64,000 nucleotides of DNA, taken from positions 2,476 to 66,475 of the forward strand of contig JBILWX010000005.1 in assembly GCA_044369655.1 (NCBI GenBank), given 5' to 3'. The notes below the pieces were generated by a model. That model was not told where the DNA came from, did not search any database, and worked only from the letters and a program-made list of their open reading frames with translations. This document shows positions 26,608 to 36,815 of the stretch, one piece after another. The first letter of the stretch is position 1, and each line of letters starts with the position of its first letter. The position numbers and the translations under genes are program-made. This stretch comes from Pirellulales bacterium. GTDB taxonomy: Bacteria; Planctomycetota; Planctomycetia; Pirellulales; UBA1268.

Positions 26608-29600
26608 CACGGTCTCGGTCGGGGACGGGCTGGACCCGCCGGGCGGCCCGCGTTCCTTCCGCTGGGGGCCGCCACGGGTGGGGGACTATAGGGACGCCCG
26701 CGAACAGGTCGCAAGAGCGTCCTGACCAGTGCCAAAAGACGGTCCGGATCGTCGGCAACCCGCTGATCCAGCGGCACCACCGCAGTTCTGTCGCCGACGA
26801 CACGCAGCGTCTTCCCCCCAGCCTGCCAGGCCGCCCGCAACCGCTGGATGGCCTGAGGATCATGGTGGCCGATCATGAGCATTCCCGGCTGACGGGTGAT
26901 GGAATCGATGCCATGGGCCGCGGCGGCGACCCGCAGCCGGGCAAACTCGAGCATTCTGGTCACCTCGACCGGCAGGGGGCCGAACCGGTCGACGAGTTCC
27001 GCCGCGAGGTCGTCCACCTGCCCCTCTCCGGCTACCCGCGAGAGCCGGCGATAGACGTCTATCTTCGCGCGGAAGTCGGGGATGAAGTCGCGCGGCAGCC
27101 AGGCAGCGCCGGGCAGATCGATCGTCACCGGGGGTGGTTCGGCCGGCGGCATCGCCTTGAGCCCGCGGACGGCCTGCTCGAGCAACCGGCAGTAGAGTTC
27201 GTAGCCGACCGTGGCGATGTGCCCGCTCTGCTGCGTCCCGAGGAGATTCCCCGCGCCCCTGATCTCGAGATCGCGCATCGCCAGCGAGAAGCCGGCGCCC
27301 ATGCTGGAGAACTCCTGGATCGCACGAAGCCGCTTGGCCGCCGTGCTCGTGAGCGTGGCCGCCTCGTCGACGAGGAGGTGGCAGTAGGCGCGGTGGTGCG
27401 AGCGGCCGACACGGCCGCGCAACTGATGCAGGTCGGCGAGGCCGTAGGTGTCGGCCTCGTCGATGAAGATGGTGTTGGCCCGCGGAATGTCGAGGCCGCT
27501 CTCGATGATCGTCGTGGCCAGCAGGATGTCGGCATGGCCGGCCACGAAGGCGAGCATGACCTCTTCGAGTTCCGACTCCGACAACCGCCCGTGGGCGATG
27601 ACGATCTTCGCCTCGGGGACGATCTGCGTGAGCCGATGCGCCACCTTGTGGATGTCGTGGATCCGGTTGTGCACGAAGAACACCTGCCCGCCCCGCGCCA
27701 GCTCCCGGTCGATGGCACCGCGGATGAGCCGCTCGTCCCAGCGGGCCACGCGGGTCTCGACCGCGATCCGGTTGGCGGGAGGCGTGGTGAGATTCGAGAT
27801 GTCGCGGATGCCGAGCATCGCCATGTGCAGCGTGCGCGGGATCGGCGTGGCGGTCATGGTGAGCACGTCCACACTGGCGCGGAGCGCCTTGAGCCGCTCT
27901 TTGACGTCGACGCCGAATCGCTGTTCCTCGTCGACGACCACGAGCCCCAGGTTGGCGAAGTGGATATCGGCCTGCGCGAGACGGTGTGTGCCGATGACGA
28001 TGTCGACGGTGCCGCGGGCAAGGCCCTCCAGTGTGTCACGTTCCTCCCTGGTGCCGGTGAGCCGGGAGAGCGCCCGGATCGTGAACGGGAATTCGGAAAA
28101 TCTGGCGACGAACGTCCGGCGATGCTGCTCGGCCAGCACCGTCGTCGGCACGAGCACGGCCACCTGGGCCCCGGCCTCCGCCACCTTGAACGCCGCCCGC
28201 ATCGCCAGTTCCGTCTTGCCGAATCCGACGTCGCCGCAGAGCAGCCGGTCCATGGGTCGCGGCCGCTCGAGGTCGGCGCGGATCGCCTCGATGGCCGTGA
28301 GTTGGTCGGGCGTCTCGTCGAAGGGGAATGATCCCTCGAAGCTGCGCTGCCAGGGCGTGTCGGGCGGGAAGGCCACGCCCGGACGGCTCTCCCGTCGGGC
28401 CTGCAACTGGATCATGTCTGCGGCCATGTCGGCGACGGCCCGCTCGACCGCAGCCTTCTGCCTCTCCCAGAGGGAGCCGCCGACCTTGGCAAGCTTGGGG
28501 GCGAGTTTGGTGCCGCCCACGTATTTCTGCACCAGATCGATACAGGAAGCCGGCACGTAGACCCGCGTGCTTTCAGCGAATTCGATCTCGAGGAACTCCT
28601 CCGTGCGGCCGTGTTTCTCGAGCAACTTGAGGCCCTTGTAGCGACCGATGCCATGGGCGACATGCACCACGTAGTCGCCCTCGTGGAGATCGAGGAACGT
28701 GTCGATCGCCCGTGACAGCCGCTGCTTCGTCGGCCGCGCCGCCGCCACGTCCTCGCGGCGAAACAGTTCCGCACTCGAAATCAGCACGATCTTCTCGGGC
28801 ACGAGCCGGAATCCTCCGGAGAGGTGGCCCCGGGCAAAGTGCAGCCGGCCGGACCGCGCCGGACCGCACTCTGCGAGCAGTTCCCGCAGCCGCTTCTCGT
28901 CGGCTTCTGTCGGCGCAACGACGCACACCTCCTGATCCTTGCCGACCGTTTCGAGTTCTTCGCGGACGCGGTCAAGCACACCCGTGAACCGCTCCACGCT
29001 CTCGATCGCCAGGAGTGCCGTCGTCTCGAGGCTCGACGGTGCGACGGCGGCGAGCGTCACCGAGGGGAACCGATAGATTCTGGAGAACACCTCGGCAGGA
29101 TCGGAAACCATGCCCGCACCGCCCCCATCCCCCGCGGCGTGGCTCAGTCGCTGGTAGGCGCGAGAGGCCTCCTCGGCGATTTCGCCGGGTTCAACGAGGG
29201 CCCACCACGAGCCCGCCGGCACGATGTCGGCCAACTGCGTCCGTCGCACCGGCTGACCGCCCGTAACCACTCCGGTCCGCCCCAAGGCGGTGAGGGCGAT
29301 GGCCGTGAGCGCGTCGACGCTCCGCTGACTGACGGTATCGAAGGTGCGGAGTGACTCGATCTCGTCACCGAACAGTTCGACGCGAACGGGGCGTTCCCAG
29401 TCGGTGGCGAAGAGGTCGAGAATGCCGCCGCGGCGGGCGAACGTGCCGGGCTGGTCGATGGCATCGGTCATCGACCAGCCCCGCGCCAGGAGCCAGTCGG
29501 CGAACTCCGCCGGATCGAGCCGCCCTCCCACGACAAGGTGCCGGGTGCTGGCCTCGATGTCGCGTGGATCGGCAAGCGGAGACAGGAGGGCCTGAACAGT

Positions 29601-30014
29601 GGTGACGATGATCCGCGGATGGTCGGCTGCAGGGCCAATGAGGCGTTTGACCAGCGTCAAACGCTCGGCCTCCGTCGGATCGCCGACCAGCGGGCCGTCG
29701 CCGATGCCCTCCAGTGCCGGCAGCATGGCGACCGGGAGCGGCGTGAACAGCGCGAGATCGTCGAGGAAGAATTCCGCATCCGCGGCGTGCGGCAGCACGA
29801 CCACCAGGAGGCCGGCCGGAGCTGGTTCGCCCGCCAGCGCCTGTGCCAGAGCGGCTGCCGTGAGCGCAGACGCCGACCCCCAGGTTCCGCCGATCGTGCC
29901 GCCATGTCCCGCCCGGAGACTGGCGACCACCTCGGCGAACCCGTTGTGCGTATCGAGCGTTGTGGCAAGGCCCAGCAATCGCCCGGCCCGCCGTGAAGCC
30001 GCGGAATCAGCCAC
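26607..30014 (-). CDS. mfd: Transcription-repair coupling factor
   Basis: FARRGGILD, VVHVAHGIGRY, CGDVGFGKT, DEEQRFG, TATPIPRT, QLRGRVGR, RDLEIRGAGN; start set at GTG 30014. Confidence 0.96.
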   Translation of the reverse strand: MADSAASRRAGRLLGLATTLDTHNGFAEVVASLRAGHGGTIGGTWGSASALTAAALAQALAGEPAPAGLLVVVLPHAADAEFFLDDLALFTPLPVAMLPALEGIGDGPLVGDPTEAERLTLVKRLIGPAADHPRIIVTTVQALLSPLADPRDIEASTRHLVVGGRLDPAEFADWLLARGWSMTDAIDQPGTFARRGGILDLFATDWERPVRVELFGDEIESLRTFDTVSQRSVDALTAIALTALGRTGVVTGGQPVRRTQLADIVPAGSWWALVEPGEIAEEASRAYQRLSHAAGDGGGAGMVSDPAEVFSRIYRFPSVTLAAVAPSSLETTALLAIESVERFTGVLDRVREELETVGKDQEVCVVAPTEADEKRLRELLAECGPARSGRLHFARGHLSGGFRLVPEKIVLISSAELFRREDVAAARPTKQRLSRAIDTFLDLHEGDYVVHVAHGIGRYKGLKLLEKHGRTEEFLEIEFAESTRVYVPASCIDLVQKYVGGTKLAPKLAKVGGSLWERQKAAVERAVADMAADMIQLQARRESRPGVAFPPDTPWQRSFEGSFPFDETPDQLTAIEAIRADLERPRPMDRLLCGDVGFGKTELAMRAAFKVAEAGAQVAVLVPTTVLAEQHRRTFVARFSEFPFTIRALSRLTGTREERDTLEGLARGTVDIVIGTHRLAQADIHFANLGLVVVDEEQRFGVDVKERLKALRASVDVLTMTATPIPRTLHMAMLGIRDISNLTTPPANRIAVETRVARWDERLIRGAIDRELARGGQVFFVHNRIHDIHKVAHRLTQIVPEAKIVIAHGRLSESELEEVMLAFVAGHADILLATTIIESGLDIPRANTIFIDEADTYGLADLHQLRGRVGRSHHRAYCHLLVDEAATLTSTAAKRLRAIQEFSSMGAGFSLAMRDLEIRGAGNLLGTQQSGHIATVGYELYCRLLEQAVRGLKAMPPAEPPPVTIDLPGAAWLPRDFIPDFRAKIDVYRRLSRVAGEGQVDDLAAELVDRFGPLPVEVTRMLEFARLRVAAAAHGIDSITRQPGMLMIGHHDPQAIQRLRAAWQAGGKTLRVVGDRTAVVPLDQRVADDPDRLLALVRTLLRPVRGRPYSPPPVAAPSGRNAGRPAGPARPRPRP

Positions 30015-30239
30015 GTCGGACAGTGTAGTCCACGCGGCCCCCCCCGCTCGCTGCGTCGGGCAAGAAGCACCGGAGGCCTCCCGGCACCAGATCGGCAGGG
30101 CCGTCTGCACGGACGCCGCAATCGGCAAATTCCCCGAAAAATCGGCCCCTGACGCAAGGGGCCATTTATCGTGTATTTTTGAAGGGTGTCTGCCCGGCCG
30201 TCGCCGGACCAGCCAGCCCACCCCAGAGGAGCCCACCCC

Positions 30240-32012
30240 ATGGCCACCGTCTCCCGCCCCCGCGCCTCCGAAGCCTTCGTCAGTGGGGCCGACGTGGTCG
30301 TTGAGTCGCTGATTCGCCAGGGTGTGGACGTGATCTTCGCGTATCCAGGCGGCGCGAGCATGCCGCTCCACCAGGCGCTCACCCGCGCCGCCGACAGGCT
30401 GCGGACGATCCTGCCGCGGCACGAGCAGGGGGGCGGATTCGCCGCCCAGGGCTATGCCCGGACGACCGGGAAGCCGGGCGTCTGCATGGCGACGAGCGGC
30501 CCGGGAGCGCTCAACCTCGTCACCGCGATCGCCGACGCCAAGATGGACAGCGTGCCGCTGGTCGCACTCACCGGACAGGTGGGCACCAGCGTGATCGGCA
30601 CCGACGCATTCCAGGAGACGCCCATCGTCGAGGTCTGCCGTGGCATCACGAAACATCACTATCTGGTGACCGATGCCAACGACATCGCCAGGGTGATGCG
30701 TGAGGCGTTCCACATCGCCACCACCGGCCGGCCCGGCCCCGTGCTCGTCGACCTGCCGAAGAACGTCCAGCTGTCCCAGATCGTGCCGGATTACGACGCG
30801 GCGATGAACCTGCCCGGGTATCATCCAGACCTTCGCAAACCGCACCCGGAACAGATCGCCCAGGTGGCCGCCGCCATCAAGCGGGCGAAGCGGCCCGTGC
30901 TCTACGCGGGTGGTGGCGTAATCGCGGCCGATGCCTCGGCCGAACTCCGTGAACTCGTCAGGCTGACCGGCATTCCGGTCACGATGACGTTGATGGGCCT
31001 GGGTGCATTTCCCGGAGATGACCCGCGCAGCCTGGACATGCTCGGCATGCACGGCAGCGTCTATGCCAATCAGGCCGTCGATCAGGCCGACCTGCTGATC
31101 GCCGTCGGCGTGCGGTTCGATGACCGGGTGACGGGCAAGGTGTCGGAGTTCGCCCAGCACGGCTTTATCGTGCACATCGACATCGATCCTTCCGAGATCA
31201 ACAAGAACAAGCTTGCTCACGTGCCGATCGTGGCCGACGTCAAGGAGTCGCTGGCCCAGCTCAATGCCATCGTGGCGGCCCCGACCGCGCCTCTGGACGA
31301 TTGGTATGCCCAGATCGATGCGTGGAAACGGGAGGATCCGTTTTCCTACGATCGCTCGTTCGACAGTATTCTGCCCCAGCACGCGATCTCGGAACTCTCG
31401 CGGCTCACGGCCGAGCGCGACACGATCATCACCGTGGGCGTGGGTCAGCACCAGATGTGGGCTGCGCAGTTCTATAAGTTCCGGCGGCCCCGGACGTGGC
31501 TCTCGTCCAGCGGACTGGGCACCATGGGTTTCGGACTGCCGGCAGCGATGGGGGCCAAGGTGGCCCATCCGGAGTCGCTGGTGATCGACATCGACGGGGA
31601 CGGCAGCATCCTGATGAACATCCAGGAGTTTGCCACCTGCCACTGCGAGAACATCGCCGTGAAGGTGCTGCTTCTCAATAACCAGCACCTCGGAATGGTG
31701 GTGCAATGGGAGGACCGGTTCTTCAAGGGCAACCGGGCCCACACGTATCTTGGCCCCGTCGGCAACCCCGAGGCCTCCGGCCAGGGCAACGGCATTTCCC
31801 CGGAGTCTCGCTACCCAGACTTCGTGAGCATCGCCAGGGGATTCGGCTGGCAGGCCGAGACGGTCGTGAAGAAGGGCGACCTCGAGGCGGCCCTGAAGAG
31901 GCTCATCGACGCTCCTGGGCCGGCGTTGCTCGACGTGCAGGTGCCGTATCAGGAGCACGTCCTGCCGATGATCCCCTCGGGCGGCACGGTTCGCGACCTC
32001 ATCAAGCGGTAG
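30240..32012 (+). CDS. ilvB: Acetolactate synthase large subunit
   Basis: [42 protein letters not shown] ThDP motif. Confidence 0.96.
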   Translation: MATVSRPRASEAFVSGADVVVESLIRQGVDVIFAYPGGASMPLHQALTRAADRLRTILPRHEQGGGFAAQGYARTTGKPGVCMATSGPGALNLVTAIADAKMDSVPLVALTGQVGTSVIGTDAFQETPIVEVCRGITKHHYLVTDANDIARVMREAFHIATTGRPGPVLVDLPKNVQLSQIVPDYDAAMNLPGYHPDLRKPHPEQIAQVAAAIKRAKRPVLYAGGGVIAADASAELRELVRLTGIPVTMTLMGLGAFPGDDPRSLDMLGMHGSVYANQAVDQADLLIAVGVRFDDRVTGKVSEFAQHGFIVHIDIDPSEINKNKLAHVPIVADVKESLAQLNAIVAAPTAPLDDWYAQIDAWKREDPFSYDRSFDSILPQHAISELSRLTAERDTIITVGVGQHQMWAAQFYKFRRPRTWLSSSGLGTMGFGLPAAMGAKVAHPESLVIDIDGDGSILMNIQEFATCHCENIAVKVLLLNNQHLGMVVQWEDRFFKGNRAHTYLGPVGNPEASGQGNGISPESRYPDFVSIARGFGWQAETVVKKGDLEAALKRLIDAPGPALLDVQVPYQEHVLPMIPSGGTVRDLIKR

Positions 32013-32016
32013 CGGA

Positions 32017-33333
32017 TCACGGCTTGTCGTCTGCGGAATCCGGGTTGTCTTCCGAATCGTTCCCTGCGACGGGGGCCGGTGGCTTCAGGTCCGCAAGAGC
32101 CTGGCGAAGCGTGGCCTCTTCAGGATTGGCGTCCAGTTCCAAGGCCGCCCGCCGCAGCGTCTGCGCCAGTTCACCAAAGGCCGGCTGGCCCGCGGCGTCC
32201 AGCAGCGCCAGGCCACGCTTGGAATCATCGGTGAGAATGGCGTCGGCGAGCACCGCCAGCCGCCAGGCTGCCCGCCTGCAGACCTCGCGCGGAATCAACT
32301 GTTCGACCACCGGCTGACCGGACGGGTCGACGAGCATGGCTGGTGGGGCGAACGCCGGCGAACTCCCGTCGGGCAGGCCGCCAGCCTGCCGCTCGAGCAG
32401 GATACGGTCCGCTGCGGAAGCATCCCGTTCGAGCGACACGATGGCAAGCCTTCCGATGGACGCGACGAGGGCTGCGACATCGACCTTCGAATCAGGGCCG
32501 GCTACGGCCGCCAGCGCGGCCGCCGCACGCACCCTCACGTTGATCGAGCGACCGTCGTCGCCGAGGATTCTCGCCACTTCACCGACCGTCGCCGGCGCAG
32601 CGGGCCCCAGCAACGGCAGCATCGACAAACAGCGTGACGCCAGCCAGTCGCTCCCGACAGCCGCCTCCGGAGGAGTCGCCTCTTTGAGGATCGAGACGAT
32701 GACCGGATTCGCCACGGCCGCCATGCGTTGCTGTTCGTCGACCAGCCCTTTTGTCGCCTCGACATGCCGGGCCAGACCGACACAGGCCGCAATCCGCACC
32801 GCCTGGGGAAGGGTGGTATTCGAGACAGCCTTTGCCAGCACGGCTGCCGCTGCCGGCAAGGGCTTTCGGTCGACGCCCTGCAACTCACCGATCATCAGCA
32901 TGGCATTGACGCGTACCACCAGATCCACGTCTTGCTTGTCGGCCAACGACTCCATGTACGTCAGGAAGGTCTTGGTCGCCTCGTCGGCCGCTTTCTCGTT
33001 GGCAATGTCTCCGAGGAGGAATTCTCGCATCCGCTTGCGGACCCGCTCGATCGAGGTGCGATTGGCTTCGAGTTCCAACTGCGGCAACGCGATCTGTTCG
33101 AGAAAACCTCGCGCCGCTGCGTCGAACGCATTGCCTCCCCGCATGGACTCCTTATAGGTGCGGGTCTCTCCGGCGGACTCGACCTGTGTCCAGCCCGAGA
33201 ACCGCGCCTCGTCATCCTGACCGAGGGCCGTGCCACCCGCCCCCATCACTCCCAACGTCGCCACGAGCGCTGCGGCACGCAGACGAACGCCGAATATCTG
33301 ACACCGGAATGGGCGGGGGTGCAGGACTCTCAT
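32017..33333 (-). CDS. Secreted helical (HEAT-like) hypothetical protein, last gene of the pilM operon
   Basis: Signal-peptide-like N-terminus; repeated VRxxA helical motifs. Confidence 0.65.
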   Translation of the reverse strand: MRVLHPRPFRCQIFGVRLRAAALVATLGVMGAGGTALGQDDEARFSGWTQVESAGETRTYKESMRGGNAFDAAARGFLEQIALPQLELEANRTSIERVRKRMREFLLGDIANEKAADEATKTFLTYMESLADKQDVDLVVRVNAMLMIGELQGVDRKPLPAAAAVLAKAVSNTTLPQAVRIAACVGLARHVEATKGLVDEQQRMAAVANPVIVSILKEATPPEAAVGSDWLASRCLSMLPLLGPAAPATVGEVARILGDDGRSINVRVRAAAALAAVAGPDSKVDVAALVASIGRLAIVSLERDASAADRILLERQAGGLPDGSSPAFAPPAMLVDPSGQPVVEQLIPREVCRRAAWRLAVLADAILTDDSKRGLALLDAAGQPAFGELAQTLRRAALELDANPEEATLRQALADLKPPAPVAGNDSEDNPDSADDKP

Positions 33334-33349
33334 CTCGAATGAACCGTCG

Positions 33350-35242
33350 CTATTTCTTGGGTGCAAAGGGGTTGCCGAATGGCGAGTCGCCGGCGGCCGG
33401 CGGCTGAACAGGGCGATCGCCGGCAGGAGTGGCCCCCTCGCCGGCCTGCAACGTCGGCAGATAGCGGTCGACATCCGCCTGGGAATCGGCCGAGGAGGCG
33501 ACTTCGTAGGTTCCATCCGGCCGGAGGAAAATCATTTCGAGCGGTTCGGGCGGTGGGGTCGGCTTGCCTGTCCGGGTCTCCGCGCGATCCTCAGGTCGGC
33601 CACGGACATCCAACAACACACGATCCGTCACGATCGACTCGCCCCGCGACCGCGGATCCCCCCGTTTGTTGAGCAGCGGATCGACGTTCGCAAGGCCGCC
33701 CACTTCCATCAGAAGCCAACGCAGACCGTATGCCCCTGCACTCGTCTGGCCCAGGATCATCGTGGCGATGGTGCCGGGCTTCAGCCGCTTGAGCTCCTGT
33801 TTTTTCATTGGCTGCACGAGCATCCGGATCCCGTCAGGCACCACCACCGGCGACGTGGCGGCGCTCACGGGTGATTCGAGCGTGGGCTGCTTGGCGACCG
33901 CCGCATCCACGAGGTGGCGGCTCGGCACATTCAGATTCGGATTCAAGCACACCGCTTTCACCCGGTACCGGTACGTCCGTCCCGGCACGACTGCCAGATC
34001 GATGAACCGAAACAGGCGGTATTCCAAGCCCTTGGCCACGAGCCCCTCGGCGCCGGGCATCCCCGCAGCACCTTCAAGCCCCATCACTGCGCCAGGTCCA
34101 CCAGGCATACCAGGCCCACCAGGCATCCCCGGCGGGCCAAAAGTGTTGAGAACCTGGCCCCCGGTCGCTCCACCAAAAACATTCGTGTTGGCCTCGGCAT
34201 TCTCCTGATCGGCCTTGGCCTTGGCTTTCTTCGCCTCGGCATCCCGCTGCAGAAAGTCCGTAAACCAGGGATGCAAGGCGTTGAAGCCCCAGGAGCCTTC
34301 CTTCAACTGCGGCATCGGAATAGAGAACGGCAGGGGCGACTGTGCCTGATCCCGCGGTTCCAACTCGGGGGGAAGCAGGATTTGGGGCAAGAGCGGCTCA
34401 GGCTGGATTCCCGCCCAGTCGGCGGCATAACGACGGGCTACGGCCTTCATGTCGATGGGTGTCCACTTCTCACCGGCACCGGGAAGCACCTCCGTCTTTT
34501 CGATCCGGTAGCTGCTCCACATGGGCGTATCACGGACGGCGTCACGAAGGCTTGCTGTCTCGAACCGGCGGTCGTATTCCTTCCATTGCTTGGCCACGGG
34601 GATCAGTCCGGTCACGAGCACGTAGGGCACGACCTTGCCCTGCGGGAGATTCTGATCCGCTTGAGGAGGCGCCGTTCCCATGTCCGGCGGAACCTGCGGT
34701 CCGGCCGGCATCGGCCCTGCCGGCCGGCCGCCCCGCGCCGGTCGAGGGGGCTTTCCCGCGGGGCCTGGGTCCAGATTGAGCGGTCGGTCAGGGGCGGGTC
34801 GATCCCCTGCCGCCTTGGGCTTCACCGCCAGAACGGCGACGCTCGCCACCGCCCGCAAGTCTTCGATAGGAAGGATATCGGGACTGCTGCGCCGGGCGAG
34901 TTCGCCGACCAATGGCTTATTGAACATCGCATGCGGCGGCGCAGGCACGACTTTGGGCGAGAGCCACTTCGCCACGGTTTTGGCCAGTCCCTTCTCACTG
35001 GTCAACTCGTCGTCGGGCACGATCTTGACTTCCTCGATGTGCTTGGCGGTCAACGCCGCGTCGGCGACGATTGCATCCGGCTGCTGCGTCGGAGACGGCC
35101 GCATGGTTCGGACCGCTGAGACCCCGCCCCACGCCAGTCCGCAGGCCGCCAGAGCGACCATGCCGACGACGACCTTGTCGCCGTGAGCCAGCAGAAACGT
35201 CAGCACCTTCTCTTTGTCGAAGCTGACCCGGGGCGGTTTCAT
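33350..35242 (-). CDS. Membrane-anchored hypothetical protein with an FN3-like segment (pilM operon)
   Basis: N-terminal TM; RLFRFID..V.PGRTYRYRVK..NPN; ATGA overlap with the upstream gene. Confidence 0.7.
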   Translation of the reverse strand: MKPPRVSFDKEKVLTFLLAHGDKVVVGMVALAACGLAWGGVSAVRTMRPSPTQQPDAIVADAALTAKHIEEVKIVPDDELTSEKGLAKTVAKWLSPKVVPAPPHAMFNKPLVGELARRSSPDILPIEDLRAVASVAVLAVKPKAAGDRPAPDRPLNLDPGPAGKPPRPARGGRPAGPMPAGPQVPPDMGTAPPQADQNLPQGKVVPYVLVTGLIPVAKQWKEYDRRFETASLRDAVRDTPMWSSYRIEKTEVLPGAGEKWTPIDMKAVARRYAADWAGIQPEPLLPQILLPPELEPRDQAQSPLPFSIPMPQLKEGSWGFNALHPWFTDFLQRDAEAKKAKAKADQENAEANTNVFGGATGGQVLNTFGPPGMPGGPGMPGGPGAVMGLEGAAGMPGAEGLVAKGLEYRLFRFIDLAVVPGRTYRYRVKAVCLNPNLNVPSRHLVDAAVAKQPTLESPVSAATSPVVVPDGIRMLVQPMKKQELKRLKPGTIATMILGQTSAGAYGLRWLLMEVGGLANVDPLLNKRGDPRSRGESIVTDRVLLDVRGRPEDRAETRTGKPTPPPEPLEMIFLRPDGTYEVASSADSQADVDRYLPTLQAGEGATPAGDRPVQPPAAGDSPFGNPFAPKK

Positions 35243-36729
35243 GACAACCTCCTCCGTCCGATGACACGATCCAGCACAGCCGCCTTGGGCTTGTCGCCTG
35301 AATCCTCGGGAGCGGGATCATCGACCTGGCCTGATTCCAAGCCGACGGCTTTCTCATCAGGGGGTGTGGCCAGCCCGACAGTCCCGCGGAGTTCAAGATT
35401 GACGTCGTACAACCGGCCAGCGGTTCCCGGTGCCGGCGTGCCTGGGTCAGCCCCGGGCGGCCCGCTGACCGACTGCGGCGCCCCAGCGTTGATCCTGAGT
35501 TGACGGACGTCGATGGGAACTGGCGAGGTCGCCAGATCGACCAGCAACGAGTCGATCCGGCGCTGGTCGATCACGACCCGCAACACAAACGGCATCAGGT
35601 GAACCATCTGGCAATCGGCCGCTGCAGCCAAGGCCGCGGCGTCCAGGGGTTGTCCCGAAAAATCGACGTAGATCCAGTTGCGTAGCGCGGCATCCGGGTC
35701 GCTGGGAGCCCCTCCTTCACCCTCCGGGGCAGTTGGTGCAGCCGGGGCCGCCGGGCCGCCGGGCGGCCCGCCCCGCGCAGCGCCCGTAAATCGAGGGTGG
35801 GGGGGGCGTCCGAGGCCGGCCACAGCACCTGGGGCACCCGGCGGCGCCATTTCCGGCGGCGGCGCCATGCCATCGGCCCCTGCTTGTGCCGCTACTCTCG
35901 TGATCCGCCCACCGGCCTGTCCGCCAGGATTATCCTCTGCCGCCGGATACCCGACGGAGAGTTCGTCCACGACCGCGATGGCGGCGTTGTGCGGGCCGCT
36001 GGCTGATTTATTGGCACGGGCCACCGCGTCGCAGAGCAACCCATACACCCACAACTCTTCCTGACCGAGCAGCACCTGCGCCGTCGAGGGCACCTTGTCC
36101 CACTTGAACGATGCGGCAATACGATTTTGGTTGTCGGCGTTCCACGTCATGACATACGGCGATTCCTCGACCTGAACTTCCGCTGCCCCCAGCCGGGAGC
36201 GGCCGGGTTCTGCACGCGGCACCGACTGCGGCTGGCCTGGATCCACCGCATCGGTGATGGCGTCTTCTACGCCCATGCGTTTGGGCAAATCCCGCACGAG
36301 CGACCGCGTATTGTTTTGATAGCGTTCGAGGAGCTTGCGGCTGAGCTTGCCGTCCGGTTTGAGAGCCTCCACCTTCTCCACGAAATCGTTCCCCAGGGCT
36401 GCAGGCCAGACCCGCAGTGGCTGCTGGCTCTCCCAAAACCGCCGCCACTCAGCGAAGGTTTCTCGCTTGACACGCATGGTGCTGGCGTCGATGTCGTTGG
36501 TCCAAGACTCGTTGGGATGCTGCGTGATCTTGCGAACGTCCTCCATTGCCTTGATGTGTCCGTTGATCGTCCCCCGTTGGGCCTCGATCTTCGTGACCAG
36601 TTCGCCGCGAGCCATGAACAACAATGGCAACAACACCAGCGGCACAATGACCGTCAGCAGCCAAAAGTGGTATTTGGCGAACGCCTCCACCACGGGACGC
36701 GACTTGTCGACGGCGGAAATCTTGGCCAT
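35239..36729 (-). CDS. Membrane-anchored hypothetical protein (PilO position in the pilM operon)
   Basis: N-terminal TM followed by a coiled coil; directly downstream of pilM. Confidence 0.7.
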   Translation of the reverse strand: MAKISAVDKSRPVVEAFAKYHFWLLTVIVPLVLLPLLFMARGELVTKIEAQRGTINGHIKAMEDVRKITQHPNESWTNDIDASTMRVKRETFAEWRRFWESQQPLRVWPAALGNDFVEKVEALKPDGKLSRKLLERYQNNTRSLVRDLPKRMGVEDAITDAVDPGQPQSVPRAEPGRSRLGAAEVQVEESPYVMTWNADNQNRIAASFKWDKVPSTAQVLLGQEELWVYGLLCDAVARANKSASGPHNAAIAVVDELSVGYPAAEDNPGGQAGGRITRVAAQAGADGMAPPPEMAPPGAPGAVAGLGRPPHPRFTGAARGGPPGGPAAPAAPTAPEGEGGAPSDPDAALRNWIYVDFSGQPLDAAALAAAADCQMVHLMPFVLRVVIDQRRIDSLLVDLATSPVPIDVRQLRINAGAPQSVSGPPGADPGTPAPGTAGRLYDVNLELRGTVGLATPPDEKAVGLESGQVDDPAPEDSGDKPKAAVLDRVIGRRRLS

Positions 36730-36815
36730 GGCGTGAAACGAGTGGAAGAAGACGGGATGGGTGGCCCAGAAGCGGTGGAAGAGAGCGGTAAAGGAACGTC
36801 TCGGTCAGAACCTCG

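Noticed and set aside
30015..30239. Leader-peptide attenuator for ilvB
   Set aside because: No Leu/Val/Ile-rich short ORF or U-tailed terminator seen
30015..31958. Apparent 650-aa N-terminal extension of Mfd (1783-aa ORF)
   Set aside because: It is the stop-free antisense frame of ilvB; Mfd homology starts near 30014
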